Source of the DNA: Phoronis australis
Taxonomy: Eukaryota; Animalia; Phoronida
Direction: 5' to 3'
Assembly (NCBI GenBank): GCA_002633005.1
Contig: NMRA01000167.1
Location: 550,460 to 614,459 of the forward strand
DNA: 64,000 nucleotides
Shown here: one piece after another, positions 39,201 to 51,197 of the stretch
Layout: the number at the start of each line of letters is the position of its first letter
How positions within the stretch are numbered: position 1 is the stretch's first letter
Translations under genes and position numbers: made by a program
The notes under the pieces: generated by a model
The model's input: only the letters and a program-made list of their open reading frames with translations
Told to the model about the DNA's origin: nothing
The model's database searches: none

Positions 39201-42200
39201 AAACAGAAGGAAAATGATGAGATTGTCTAACACATAAAGTCCGAGACACCAAATCCGTATAAATCCCTGACACATTTGCACTGCCTATCAAACCTGTCGT
39301 CTGAGTGAACAAATGTAAATATCTCGGATGCCATATTCAATTGTTGGGGTTTCAGTTAAAAGTTAATTCTTAAAATTTTAGGTAAATTAGCATAACCGTA
39401 TAGGGTAAGATAAGATCACAATCAAATCACGCCACGTCAAATTTAACATTATAAGCCGAGCGCTGATGCCGGTTTAGAGCTAAAGGCCTATGCTGTTGTG
39501 ACATACTGCTTTGCCGGGACAGTGAGGGTGAAAAGAAACCGATTCGTGAGAAATGGTTGTGTAACTGAAGAAGTCTATCGACTACTTAAGGTTCCTATGA
39601 GCATTCCGCCAACTTCAAAGAAATAATTGTAAATGAAGAGCTAAAGCACAAGCATTAAAACCCTTTTTGAGTTAGAACCTCGCGCTGTCCGTTCAACTTA
39701 AAGGAGAATGCCACCCAAAAACAACCTATTTTGTATCAATTTAGATCGAGTAGTTCCACTTGATAAGAGCAAGTTCAGTTGTTTTACCTGACACCTAACG
39801 GCAGACAGAGGTGTTGAATTAACCAATGGCGTAATCGGTTCGCACGCAGTTTGTTCAGCCGTTCACAACACCCTTACTGGTGTCGACTTATCGCTTGAAT
39901 TCATCGTTTTACACCAACAAAGCATCAAAATTCTGGGTAAACCCCTTACAAATACATCGAGTTCTTGAACAAACGTGTTGTTTTCTTTCACTGTAACGGA
40001 TTTATAGGTATTTGAACGTACCGTAGGCTACAAAGTTCGGTAGGCCAAGTTGCCATGGTCGATCGCGGGAGTTTGGGTCCGTTTGGTGATTANCAGGGCT
40101 AGCCTGGACTGAAAGTGAACTATCTCGGCCAAAACTTCATCGATTTTAGTGGGAGAAAAACGCTTGTTTTCAGAATTTTACGAGGAATTTGTTGATGAAT
40201 CTTTTACATGTCATTGAAAAAGGCGAAAATACAAACGCGCGAGTCATATTTCTTCAGGCAGCCCTTAGCGGCTTCACGGGCAATAAAATGTAATCGACCG
40301 AATAGATTCGTCGACCACAGATTTACCCTGTGGTTTTTCCGCTTGATCCCAGACCGCCCCGAGATGCTCCAGCAGCCAACTCGGGGCGGTCTCTCACGAG
40401 GGTTTAGCGTTATGCGATCAGGCCACGCGGCGCGGCCGCCGGGACTGGACATCACGAACATAAACCAGCTTAAGTTGGAAACTAAACGTCCAGTCACAAA
40501 AAGACTATACTATTGAGCCAAAGAAATAATGTGCACGTAATTATTTAGGGGAATTATCCACAAATCTACTTACTTGTCGTCGGGGGCCGCGAAGAAGTCA
40601 GGTTCTCCTCCCACAGAACCGTCAGGGCAAAGGTTAAGTAACAATAATTTGAATAATGCATTTGTATATCTAAATAAAGATTCCCCTAACATGAGACCAT
40701 AACATATAAAATTATTGTTTTACAATAGAATTTTCTGTCAACAAACACTGAATTAGCATGCGGTCACACGGCCTCGGTGCCCGGTCAATTACCTTTATTG
40801 CATCTAAAGCCGGCCGGGTAAGGGAACGCATGGATTTATTCATTGCTTGGTTCTCAAAACATTTGCACTCACGAATACTCAAATGGGTTGACAAATTGTA
40901 TGTAAGAAAACAGACTTCGTTTTAATTTTATATAAGCAGGGGTTAAGGTGAGAATAATTCATTTTGAAAGAGAACGCAGAATAATAACGCCCGGCGCCAA
41001 TCCCAACTTACTCGAGAGCTCATCCGACGAAGAATTCACGGGTCGGTTCGTTAGGTTTCACAGGATATCAGTTCGGAATAAACTAAGCAAGAAATACTAA
41101 AGAGGCGCGGTGAACATGGACAGGCATCGGAAAGTATGGAGAGTTCTTTGTTAAGCCGGAATTCGTCAGAGAAAGCACTGTCGACCGTTTGCCGGCCACA
41201 GACAAGGATATGTTTCACGGCCTCATACTTGCTATTAACAGCGCACTTTTCATTCTTCACTACCGCGACCCACTTCCTAAGGCTCTCGAAAAAGTCGACA
41301 AAACGATATACCCACTTCCTTCGCAGCTTCATAGATCGGACAAGCAGGAACGATACACCGCAATATAGCGGCATTCACTCTGCAGATGAACCACTGACGT
41401 CGCTACGTCTTTTCTCACCTTTCTCACAAGGTTAACGCGACACCTCTTGGCAAGTTGAGGTCGACCGTATAAGAGGCGATGTGGATATAGACCGATTAAG
41501 ACGGTAAAAAAGACTAATTCCGCACTTGAGGCGAGTAATTGTGAGTGACAAGTTTTATTCTGTGATTCAACGTAGCCCACTAAAGTTGGAATTGAAATCT
41601 CGTTGGCGATAGCTTTGCAGTCGTGCGCTTGTAAGGCAATCTTTCTCGCGAAATTTTGCGAGACCTTCCCTTTCATTAGTGCAAGATCTAGCCCGGGCAA
41701 GGTATATTTACATGTAACTTATACTTATACACTGTACAAAACGCGCCTCAGATCCTAAAAAGTAATTACGCAACATTCAAAGTTATTGGATGATCACAAG
41801 CTTTTTGGTTCAGCAAAATTCACACAAAGATTTACCTGATAGCAATAGTAGCGAAAATGTATCCCAAGAGTTCTGCGACAGTCGACAGCAGGAAGTTGAC
41901 AAAGCGGTCCCCTTCAAACAAAGTCCCCGTACTGAGAGTGAGGCCCCAGTAAACCAGTGCGTTCACAAACCTAGATAAGAATAATTGTGTAGACAGTTGT
42001 CGTCAGCACAGAGATTCCCATTTACACCGGCCTAATGATCTTTTTTCAGTCATTTCCTTTTCCTTGTACTGCCATTATTTTCTTGTTGTTTTTCCATAAA
42101 CTACGTTTGTATCATATTCAAACCAGCATTTAGAACACATTAGTATTCACACTTTCGGTTGGAATTTGAAAGTTCACGACATGAGACATGTTTGTAAGTT

Positions 42201-45200
42201 TGTTACACAACAAAATGTTTGAATGAGAATTTGAATCCAAACCTAAGAAAGCGCATCTCAGATGGCCTGTGGTTTAAGAGGCAGATATTCAGTTGAGTGC
42301 AAAACTATGTACTAGCACATGGTCGTTTACGTACAGAACTGCGTTCCATGGAGCACAACTGCTGCAAGGAATGTGAGATTCCGGTAAGTCATCGTGCGTC
42401 AGGAGTTGGGAGAATGGTGTTTGGCGTCGATAGAAAAAATTGTCGGCATTCAGACAAAAACGAAAAACAATGTCTATGAAACCCAGGCCATTGCACGTGC
42501 ATAGTTGAATACGAACATGTGTGCGAAGTCAATTGTGTAGTTACTGGAAACACAAATGAAAGGTTACAAAGACGAAAAGGCTTCCATTTCAAGTCGACAG
42601 AGGAATTAAGTTCTTCCCAAAAGAACATTGTTCATCCCCAGGGTCCCATTTCATCGAAGGTAGTAGTTCCTAGCCCGGACGTAGCTAAATAATTCATGCA
42701 CGTAGGCGCGTTATCGTAATCACGACGCTGCAATTTTTAAAAAGGTGTTGCAATTTATGTTAGAAGGACGTTCCAATTTTGAGAAACCGCGCTTCTAGAT
42801 GAACAGAAATACTTTTCTCATTTTCATAAATATTCAATCTCTACATAATTTGTAATGAACTAAAAAATGCAGGTGGCCTGATGCCTTTTGCGGTACATCA
42901 CGCGTGTTTAGGCCACAAGGCCGGGCCCATTACACTAGTGAACTAGGGCACAACTGTAAAAAAAACTCCCTAAAGTACAACAGAAAATATCACGACTAAT
43001 TTGAATTTTTCTTCAGATGCTAGACTTTGGACCTATACTGCTAGCTCAGAGCCTGACCACCAAACAAAATTTTGACGCTAGAATCGACCAGTCAGGTCTA
43101 TAAAACTGGAAAATTATTCGAAGCGCAATTCGCAATTCGACAATTTTAGGGGCTTCCTCAACTCTAAGTGAAAGATTTCGAAAAAACTAACTTTTTTCAA
43201 TCATTAAAAGTTTTTATTTTCTGACAAGAGAAAGATCGAGGATTTTAAAAATATGCTTCTTACCACTGTGTCATTATTATCATCACGTAACCACGTTTGT
43301 TTTAAGTCAAATTTTCACGTGCAGGCAGGTACACTCATAGCAAAATAAACCCTCAGCCGATTTCACTAAAACGTTTTTTTTTTAATGAAAACTTAGCGTT
43401 ATGTTTTAAAAGCACAGGAACTTTTGATTATTCGCTTAGTTCGTTTTTTGCCGAATTAACTCGCAGAACACAAGGCATCTTTGTAAAAAAAACAGCTGTC
43501 TTATCTAAACTAGGCATTTTAAAGCAAATTGACAACAGCGGTTTTGAGACATAACGTAAATTTTTCATTTTAAAAAAGTTATCAGTATAGTCAGCTAATG
43601 GATTGTTTTACTCTGAGTGCACGTTTCTTGCACATGAAAAGTTGTCTTAAAAAGGTGGTCACGTGACAATAATAAAGACACTGCAGTAAAAAGCATATTT
43701 TTAGAATTCTTGATCTTTCTCCTTTCAGAAAATATATGCTTTTGATGGTTGACAAGGCAAAGCTTTTCGATATATATATCGTTTATTTAGGACCTACATT
43801 TACATAACCTTTATGTTTGATGTTCCCTGGCCCAGGTCTTCGTCCAGTCTTTTCGTTCGCTAATGCCACAATGCTTTACAAACTGAAACAATTCACTTAC
43901 CAGATAAACATTGAGATGGTAAACGATACGATCATTGGGCGAGATTTGAAAATGCTAAGAAGCGTTTCGCTATCCTTGTTTCGCCTGTTTGTCAACAGAG
44001 AACCCGCATAATTCTTCAGGCGCATCAACTTAAATGTAGTTTTCTTATGATCGTCTGCTGCACAGCTGTGACACTTCAAATCCGCGTTTTTGTCTTCTTC
44101 GGCCATCTGCGTAACTTCGTCCTCCGGAAAGTAGTTCACAGGACGTCTGTTCATTCTAAAGGCTCTCTTCAAAATAGCATTGGCTTCCTTCACTTGGTTG
44201 TTCGCTATTAGCCACGGTATTGACCTGGACACAATCCTTTAAAAGATGTACAGTGTACGCTACATCTATAACCATGGTGACAATATCTGCATACACTTTA
44301 CACGTTTTTGGACAATTCTCGTAAGAGAATTGAAAAACCGCAGTTGTGTAGAACCCTCCACAGACCGCAGAATACTTGCAACCCACAGTGGAGTACATAT
44401 GCCGAGGAAGCAGAACACTTACCGCGCTCTACAAAGCCTTTACTACTCAACACAAGAGTTCTTACCACGCACAAAGGGCACACATTTTAGTGCAAATTCC
44501 GTGCTAACAATTATGTGTGTCATAAACTTCGTGCGGCGCGAGGGAAGTGTTCTATAGGGAGTGATAAAGGATTCCATTCCGTGGTAAGGGTTTCTCTCTG
44601 AAATGTTCTGCAACGTGCTCGGAAAGATCTGTGCTGCTACTTCAAACCAATGCAATCACCCGGGCACATGTATGCACATGTAATTTGTGCAACCGGGGAA
44701 TCAAGGTAATATAATTAAGCGGACTGCATCGTTTTTGTTGGAGTCTGTCTCATGGCCCAGGTAAAGAACTGACATAACTTAGTACCTAATTGTAGAAGGT
44801 AAGATAAGATTCGCTACATGTTTATCGAAAGCTCATGCTACTTGTTTCGTAAGAAATTTCGCAGTTGTAGTGGCTGGCGAAGACCGAAAATACACAATGT
44901 CTATAATTACAATTGAGTAACTATTTGTACGCACTTGCAACTTTGGTACACGGAGTGTTTCGATACTCTAGCGCAGTGTGCCATTGCCATATCGCCAGGA
45001 TTTTGATTGACAGCTTAACTGACCATTTAGAACGCATCATTATTGACACACCTTCAAATCCAAGCCGACATTTCACCCGACAAACAACACGTTGCCGGTT
45101 AAAACGTATTGTTTGTTAGTGGACATTACGCAAGGGGGCGGAGCTTGCGATAGGTCAAATAGACTCTTCTAAAAGATGAAATGTAACATTAATTTCTCTC

Positions 45201-48200
45201 AAATCTTCGGAGCTTCCAAAGTGGCTTGATGTGATAAAAATTTCAAGATTTTATTGTTGCATCCGTTTGCATTTTCTGCGTTTCCTCGCAAAGATATTTT
45301 CAGGGAATGCAAAAACTTCCAATTTTATTGGGCTTTTTCGGATGATGTCTTTTTACAAGCTCCGCACGAATCAAGTCACCTGGACAGAAATTGTCAAAAT
45401 TGGTCATTTTCCTAAAGGCTTGACATCTCTCACTATCATGCTCACCAATCAAAGACAATGAGCTAAATATCTCAACCAAAGACGCAGGGTTATCCATACA
45501 ACGATACTCAACCGTGTTTTTTCCACAAACATTAGTTGCGAACCATAACCCAAAGCTTTGTTTACGATATTCTTGTGATATCAATTCAGACCATCGTTTT
45601 ATGGAAAACGAACGAGGACAAGTGCGCGTAGCAGACTTGCTGATCTGCCGAATACACAATATTCTGTTTTAGTTGATACAACCCGATGTGAATTATATTT
45701 TTAAATGTGTAAAAAACTTGGAACACAGAGTAGGTGGGTGACAGTGCACATGAACAACCCAAGACAGACACCAATTCTTCTTATTGGAAACAAACTGGCA
45801 CCTTCATTCAAATCCTGTTTTTGATTTTTGGTTACTACACATACCGGTAACTACTGTAAAATCTGCCTCGTGTTATTGTTCACAATTCACATTAAAGGAT
45901 TTCTGTTCTTGAGAAAGATTGACAGGCCGTTACTGCTTCAGAGGCGGGGCCAAAACTTGCTTACCACGGCGAGTTAGTTTCATTTACTGAAACAGTGTGG
46001 CTGCCAAGGGAGTTATACATGTAAGTGATTGTTATCAACCAGTGTCAATTCAAACGATGAATAAGAACCCGACGGTGTTACTGTACATTGGAAGACCAAC
46101 ATCAACACGGGTGTGAAGAACGGCGAGGCAACAGTAGGATATAATGTGCCCATGTTTTGAGAACCAGTTCAATGCCCGTTATTCAGTGGAAAAACTGGTT
46201 CTCCAAATTCGGGACCGTTCTAGGGAGAGAGANNNNNNNNNNNNNNNNNNNNNNNNNNNNNNNNNNNNNNNNNNNNNNNNNNNNNNNNNNNNNNNNNNNN
46301 NNNNNNNNNNNNNNNNNNNNNNNNNNNNNNNNNNNNNNNNNNNNNNNNNNNNNNNNNNNNNNNNNNNNNNNNNNNNNNNNNNNNNNNNNNNNNNNNNNNN
46401 NNNNNNNNNNNNNNNNNNNNNNNNNNNNNNNNNNNNNNNNNNNNNNNNNNNNNNNNNNNNNNNNNNNNNNNNNNNNNNNNNNNNNNNNNNNNNNNNNNNN
46501 NNNNNNNNNNNNNNNNNNNNNNNNNNNNNNNNNNNNNNNNNNNNNNNNNNNNNNNNNNNNNNNNNNNNNNNNNNNNNNNNNNNNNNNNNNNNNNNNNNNN
46601 NNNNNNNNNNNNNNNNNNNNNNNNNNNNNNNNNNNNNNNNNNNNNNNNNNNNNNNNNNNNNNNNNNNNNNNNNNNNNNNNNNNNNNNNNNNNNNNNNNNN
46701 NNNNNNNNNNNNNNNNNNNNNNNNNNNNNNNNNNNNNNNNNNNNNNNNNNNNNNNNNNNNNNNNNNNNNNNNNNNNNNNNNNNNNNNNNNNNNNNNNNNN
46801 GAGAGGGAGAGAGGGAGAGAGGGAGAGAGGGAGAGAGGTTGTTTATTGCACTTGGAGCTAAGCTCATTTGTACACATTTGGGACCGTTCTGTCTGAGCAT
46901 TATAGTAATTACAGCTTTAAGTGTTTTGCAGCATTCCACAATCTTAGTTAGACATTACTGTAGCGTTTCCTCGATTTCCATGCCCCTCCCATTAAGCTAC
47001 GAATACACTTTTCGAATACGCGGGTTCATTATGAAAGCCTTATTTTTCTTGAATATGATCGGAAATGACATCCTGAATCTCTGAGTTTCTACCGCTCCAA
47101 CATGCATCGCCTTCACAGAAGAGAATATTTCAAATTAATCATCAGTCATATTGGACATGCTTTCCTCGCATACTACTCATGAAGCGTCACGCATTCGTTC
47201 ACAAAACATAAAACAATATCGTCACCTAAAACACAAAACTTACCAAATCATGAGTATTCCTGTGCAACCCGGAAGTGATATAATGAACAACATATGTCGC
47301 CAGTCTCGAACGAAGTAGGAGAAGAACGTGAGTAGTAACAAGCCTGCGATCCAGAAGTAGTTGAAGGCAATGCCTGCGAAATGGAGAAACGCATCAAAGT
47401 TTAGAAATGTAAATTAATTTTCGAAACAATTCAGACAGACTGCGAAACAATTCTGTCGGACTCTAACAAACTGGGACAATCTTCTTTACAAACTTACTTA
47501 GGACTTAAATCAAATATTTATCGCAATGAAATTGCATTTTGGCGAGTGCAAGTGGTCGAAATTTAATGCGATGTTATTTTACCTAGACTCAAACTGTTCA
47601 TCGTAAAATGACTTACAAAACAATACATCATTTACATGTAAGTATTACCTTTTGAACAAAACGTACAGAGAACTACCCTAAAGTTTCAATATTTTAATGA
47701 AGTTTCACTTACCGGCATGCGAGCGGTAATTCGCTGAAAACACCTCTACACTTAGAACAAAACCAGTTGTTACCGATCCCTGTAAAAAGAAGTGGTCCTC
47801 GTACATTTTTGGAACGGTTTCACAAGAGATCAATTCAAAATCTTTAAAGAATATGTAAAACACAGACGCCTACACAGGTTTCTAAAGCGCATCTTCCACC
47901 ATGTACCGGCGTGTTTAAGAAGAAATCAGCTATATTACAGGCAATCGGTAGTAAAATAGTTAATGAAAATGTGCTGTGTTTGGCTTCGTAACAGGACTGC
48001 TAACATCTTTTAAATACATGTACAACCAACTTGACAAACGTGAACTCCTAGTGACGCAGTTCTCTTACCGCATCACGTAACATTTGATATCGTCCTAAAG
48101 CGACGTCTATTCCTAAGATTGACGGAAGGTACAGGGTGTACATGTAAGTGATGCGTATGTTCGTATTGTCTTGGGATCCTTGGACTTGAGCATATGCGAT

Positions 48201-51197
48201 TCACCTTAAAATCCAGTTTTAACGTACTGCTGCTAGACTAACTTTTGTTCATAAGTTAGCGCGATTTCGTTCTAAGTTGAAACTGAAAACATTTCATGAA
48301 ACGGGCCCCTGGACTGCCATCGCGATGTGTGCCGTCGGTAATATCATGGGTGGCTATTAGCGGAAATCTCTCGCGAAATGACCATAATTATTTGTCAAGC
48401 CGACTTGCTACGGCTGTTCTCATGAAACCATGACACGATAGTTCTTCCTAAGCTAAGAAATCCCATCTAATCTGAGAAAAGAGCAACTTGACGCCACATC
48501 GCCGTGTGTAATCGAAACTTAAGCTCGCATGAGAAAGTGTGACATATTTAACCCGGCGACACAACGCATTGCAGAAAGTAGGCAGCACTTACTGTCGCGA
48601 ATGCACCTGAGAGTACACGAAGTATAACGAAAGAGACGAAGTGCTGTGTAAATGCTGCACTGAAGTTTATAAGTGATGTGCTGAGAATGCACGCGATTAG
48701 AATTGGTTTCCGCCCAAAGGTGTCAGCTATGCTTGAGAAAATTAATCCTCCAATCATCACTCCCGTCATTACAAGGGAGTTTGACAAACTCGTGAGGTAA
48801 GAGCGGTCACAGATGAGGTCCCACTGAAAAAAAAAACGCGTGTGAATAAAATTATGCTCATACATGTAATTGAAGTCATAGCAGCATTTATCACGGCGAG
48901 GTCCTTGTTCTTCAAAACACTTTTAGACTTTTGTCTCAAAATTCGTGTTACGCTCTCCACAGTAGTTTTCAAAAATCACAGTACATCATCTTGGTTTGAC
49001 AAAGTACAAAATCTCCGAGATGGTACTCGATACATGACGCTCTCATTCTTTCACAGCATACGGGGGTTTCACCAAAAAAAGAAATGGCATGCTGTGTAAT
49101 CTGAAACATCAAAACAAATATGATAATTGTAATTCCTGAAGGTAACAAAGCTCTCCAATGAGGTCACTTGGGTAAAATTATTGTTCTTATCTCTAGGGTT
49201 AAATATCTAATACATATATACTACATGTGTATGTATTAAAGGGATACTGTGCAAATATGGCAGCACGTTTATGGTGATTGGTTTTTCCTTTGACAAATAT
49301 TGCTTATAATGAAATTAAATTAAAATCATTATAAGGAATAAGACAAATTGATACACTTCTCGTTTCTCAAGTTATTGTACTGTGTTCGCGGCGTATCTCG
49401 TGACAGGTACGAATTTCCTGTCTCAAACTAACTGAGCAGCCTTGGGAATGAAATGCGTACTGGCTTACGGAATATTTACCGCATTAGTAGTCCAACGGAA
49501 AATCCGGCTAAAAAACAACCGGCACGTCGTCACCATATGTGGATAAGAGCATGCAGGAACAACATTTTAGAGCATGCAAAATTAAGGTGCCTGTTTAGGG
49601 ATTAATTTGAGAGGAGATTGTAGCAATTAATATTCAAATCGTTCGTAACTGCATGGGCAAATGTTAGGGTTTTGCACCTCTGTGACGACTGTGGATCCGT
49701 ATCTTTCGTCGTATGTCCAGCCTGATGTACAAACAGCCTCTTCATCCGATGCATTTGTGGAGCACGCGGGAAGAACCTGGCTAATGTTGGTCCATGGAAT
49801 TGTACTGTTGGTGTAATCAAACGTTGTGTTGTGTGTCGGGTTGCAGAAATGTGGAGGCTCAGCACCTGTGAAAAGTTATTTATTGGTGAGTGCATCATTC
49901 TCTAGTCTATCTGAGTATTTTAGTCACTGAGAGCCCGTTGTTTGTAATGCATACCAAATAACGTGGTATGGAGGTCGCAAAGTATTCACTTACAACATTC
50001 ATGCCACGAGCGTAAGCGAGTCGCATGGTTATGAGCACATGGGACACTACCAAAGTTTTCCCTTGATCGTCTGTGTTAGATATGACAACACAGCTCTTGT
50101 GGATTTCATAATTTGGGTACGCATTAGCCGATTATCAATACATGCTTACTGTAATCTTTACTGCAACAAAGAGAAAGAAAGTGAACAATAGATATGCCAA
50201 TTTACCGATCTCTGTGCGAACATCTTGCGACCTGGTTTCAGAAATCGTAGGAATATGTTGACAAATTAAGGAAAATGCAATTAGCGTTCTGTGACCATTA
50301 CAAATCTTTGAAATGCTATCGTTTTTTTGCCATGTGCTGAAAAGGGAATTCCTGCTTGTGAAGAGAACATCAATTTGTGGAGTAACCACCCAGAAAGTTG
50401 TTGTTAAGAACACAAGACTCAAAAACTAATGTAAGGCAGAGCGAGAAAATTGCACTGTAGCTTCGGGCCATCGTAAGGTAGCCTGCAACAATTACACATT
50501 ACTGAATAATATTCGCGAAACACAAAAAACATGCAATGAAGAGTTAGAAACTGAAACAGTTATAGTGTATATGTACGAAACCAGAGCATGTACTTAAGTA
50601 TCTCCAAAACCTATAACATTTTACTATGTAAAAGTATTTGCGGAAGTAGAAAGCCTGTAGAATTTGTTGTTTTTGTCAAAATGTCAATATGTGGGTCATG
50701 CGAACATATGCTTTTTGTAAAATTTCCAAAAAGGTAAGGTACACCCACATCATCACAACGGTAACAAAACATATCCAGATTTGTTTTGAGTAACTGTTCG
50801 AGATGAAATCTCAAACAATTTGTTTTACTTCTTTTAAATGTCTTCATAATGATCATAAACTAAAGTCATTTTATCTGGTTTAATGCAAAAGTGGAATATT
50901 TTATTAAAAAATTCCTAATGATAGCGATTTGCTGAACTACACATAAGCATGTGAAGCATATGAAAACGATGTTCATTTCTGAGATATGATGTTCCGAAGT
51001 CAGCCACAATTGGACATTTTCTGTAGGTGTCCTACTTGACCTTAACGTATCTCACCTATAAATACAAGCACCATAACTGTCCAGCAATACGACATGGTGA
51101 CAAAGGTGCTGATTACGAAGAAGTTCATCATCTGCCATCTATTAAAACCGCCCACGCGAGCCATCATTGTATCGACTTCCTCGTCTGTTATCGCCAT
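33041..51197 (-). CDS. SLC22-family organic cation/anion/zwitterion transporter (MFS), spliced gene, 11 coding exons, 563 aa
   Basis: Manual join (minus): 51197-51056, 49865-49678, 48823-48593, 47779-47713, 47373-47244, 44236-43901, 41970-41836, 39025-38946, 38298-38178, 35316-35244, 33229-33041 = 1692 nt, open throughout, all introns GT..AG. SLC22 motifs: CTSGWTYD..STVVTEWDLIC, IADTFGRK, RDWR, NALVYWGL, SELFPTNIR, SRIGSILAP, LLLPETLGRPLPETI. Orthology to a named member cannot be set by eye. Confidence 0.95.
33881..34017. mobile_element. MITE family C copy (SLC22 intron 10)
   Basis: GTTCAGTAAC...GTTACTGAAC TIR; internal similarity to the other copies. Confidence 0.8.
35244..35316 (-). CDS. 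SLC22 exon 10 (TVTYASCLTISRIGSILAPFAAHV)
   Basis: tttttcAG acceptor, GTT|GTGAGT donor; 73 nt; TM11 RIG..LAP motif. Confidence 0.94.
36847..36970. mobile_element. MITE family C diverged copy (SLC22 intron 9)
   Basis: Same internal core, decayed termini. Confidence 0.7.
37425..37591. repeat. Tandem duplication of an approximately 80-88-bp unit
   Basis: TTACATTAAGGCTAGACACATAC..AAAAGGAAGAAGTAC.TAGACACAA..CTGTTAACCGCG.TAACTAGT occurs twice. Confidence 0.85.
38178..38298 (-). CDS. SLC22 exon 9 (GQTSIL...LGKLAITTSYSIVIVYTSELFPTNIR)
   Basis: gttttAG acceptor, CG|GTAAG donor; 121 nt; ELFPT motif. Confidence 0.94.
38946..39025 (-). CDS. SLC22 exon 8 (FSRRWTLFSFQGAAGAFLLATAFIPR)
   Basis: ccatcatAG acceptor, AG|GTAAG donor; 80 nt; variant of RxGRR. 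Confidence 0.9.
39698..40200 (+). mobile_element. Probable DNA-transposon end (TTAA-AGGAGAAT..., Kolobok-like); other end not found
   Basis: TTAAAGGAGAAT at 39698; the same 12-mer occurs at 37254. TTAA followed by an RR terminus is the Kolobok signature; the THAP relic lies nearby. Confidence 0.35.
41051..41374 (-). pseudogene. Degenerate THAP-like fragment in SLC22 intron 7
   Basis: ORF GVSF..LRRKWV..AVVK..ILVCGRQ..AF..L..DACP resembles the THAP pattern (W, VC..HF, AVP box), but the His and one N-terminal Cys are missing. Confidence 0.45.
41836..41970 (-). CDS. SLC22 exon 7 (FVNALVYWGLTLSTGTLFEGDRFVNFLLSTVAELLGYIFATIAIR)
   Basis: tcttatctAG acceptor, AG|GTAAAT donor; 135 nt; TM7/TM8 signature. 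Skipping it would create a TGA stop. Confidence 0.93.
43178..43770. mobile_element. About 590-bp foldback element with long imperfect arms in SLC22 intron 6
   Basis: GAGAAAGATCGAGGATTTTAAAAATATGCTTCTTAC..GTGTCATTATTATCATCACGTAACCAC pairs with GTGGTCACGTGACAATAATAAAGACAC..GTAAAAAGCATATTTTTAGAATTCTTGATCTTTCTC; pairing continues inward for about 250 bp. Confidence 0.8.
43901..44236 (-). CDS. SLC22 exon 6 (IVSRSIPWL...large cytoplasmic loop...TISMFIW)
   Basis: tcttttaaAG acceptor, TG|GTAAGT donor; 336 nt, phase 2-2; overlaps ORF 43897..44232. Confidence 0.92.
46222..46879 (-). mobile_element. Probable retroposed 3' stub (AATAAA plus CT-rich tail) with an 11-bp TSD; spans the N gap 46233-46800
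   Basis: GGGACCGTTCT at 46211-46221 and 46880-46890; the minus strand reads about 30 nt, then AATAAA, CAAC and (CTCTCTCC)n. Confidence 0.55.
47244..47373 (-). CDS. SLC22 exon 5 (GIAFNYFWIAG...YFVRDWRHM...ILMIW)
   Basis: tttcgcAG acceptor, TG|GTAAGT donor; 130 nt; RDWR motif. Confidence 0.93.
47713..47779 (-). CDS. SLC22 exon 4 (GSVTTGFVLSVEVFSANYRSHA)
   Basis: tttttacAG acceptor, G|GTAAGT donor; 67 nt; conserved E-x6-R motif after TM4. Confidence 0.92.
48593..48823 (-). CDS. SLC22 exon 3 (WDLICDRS...IADTFGRKP...LRVLSGAFAT)
   Basis: Poly-T CAG acceptor, donor ACA|GTAAGT; 231 nt; MFS motif A. Confidence 0.95.
49678..49865 (-). CDS. SLC22 exon 2 (extracellular loop GAEPPHFC...CTSGWTYDERYGSTVVTE)
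   Basis: Acceptor ttttcacAG, donor GAG|GTGCAA; 188 nt; frame differs from the supplied ORF; sequons NTT, NST, NIS, NAS and three Cys. Confidence 0.92.
51056..51197 (-). CDS. SLC22 coding exon 1 (MAITDEEVDTMMARVGGFNRWQ...VLVFI; N-terminus and TM1)
   Basis: ATG at 51197 in AAAATGG context; acceptor CAG at 51208-51206 just upstream; donor ATAG|GTGAG at 51055; 142 nt, phase 1; typical D..VGGF.R.Q start. Confidence 0.9.

Noticed and set aside
39069-39281. Hydrophobic ORF as an extra SLC22 exon
   Set aside because: Exons 7 and 8 already join in frame with all expected motifs.
40573-40625. Minus-strand exon-like segment (GGEPDFFAAPDD) with a GTAAGT donor
   Set aside because: No clear acceptor, not needed in the SLC22 model, and it lies inside a small inverted-repeat-bounded segment.
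46144-46939. Four 230-250 aa ORFs
   Set aside because: Artefacts of translating through 568 Ns.
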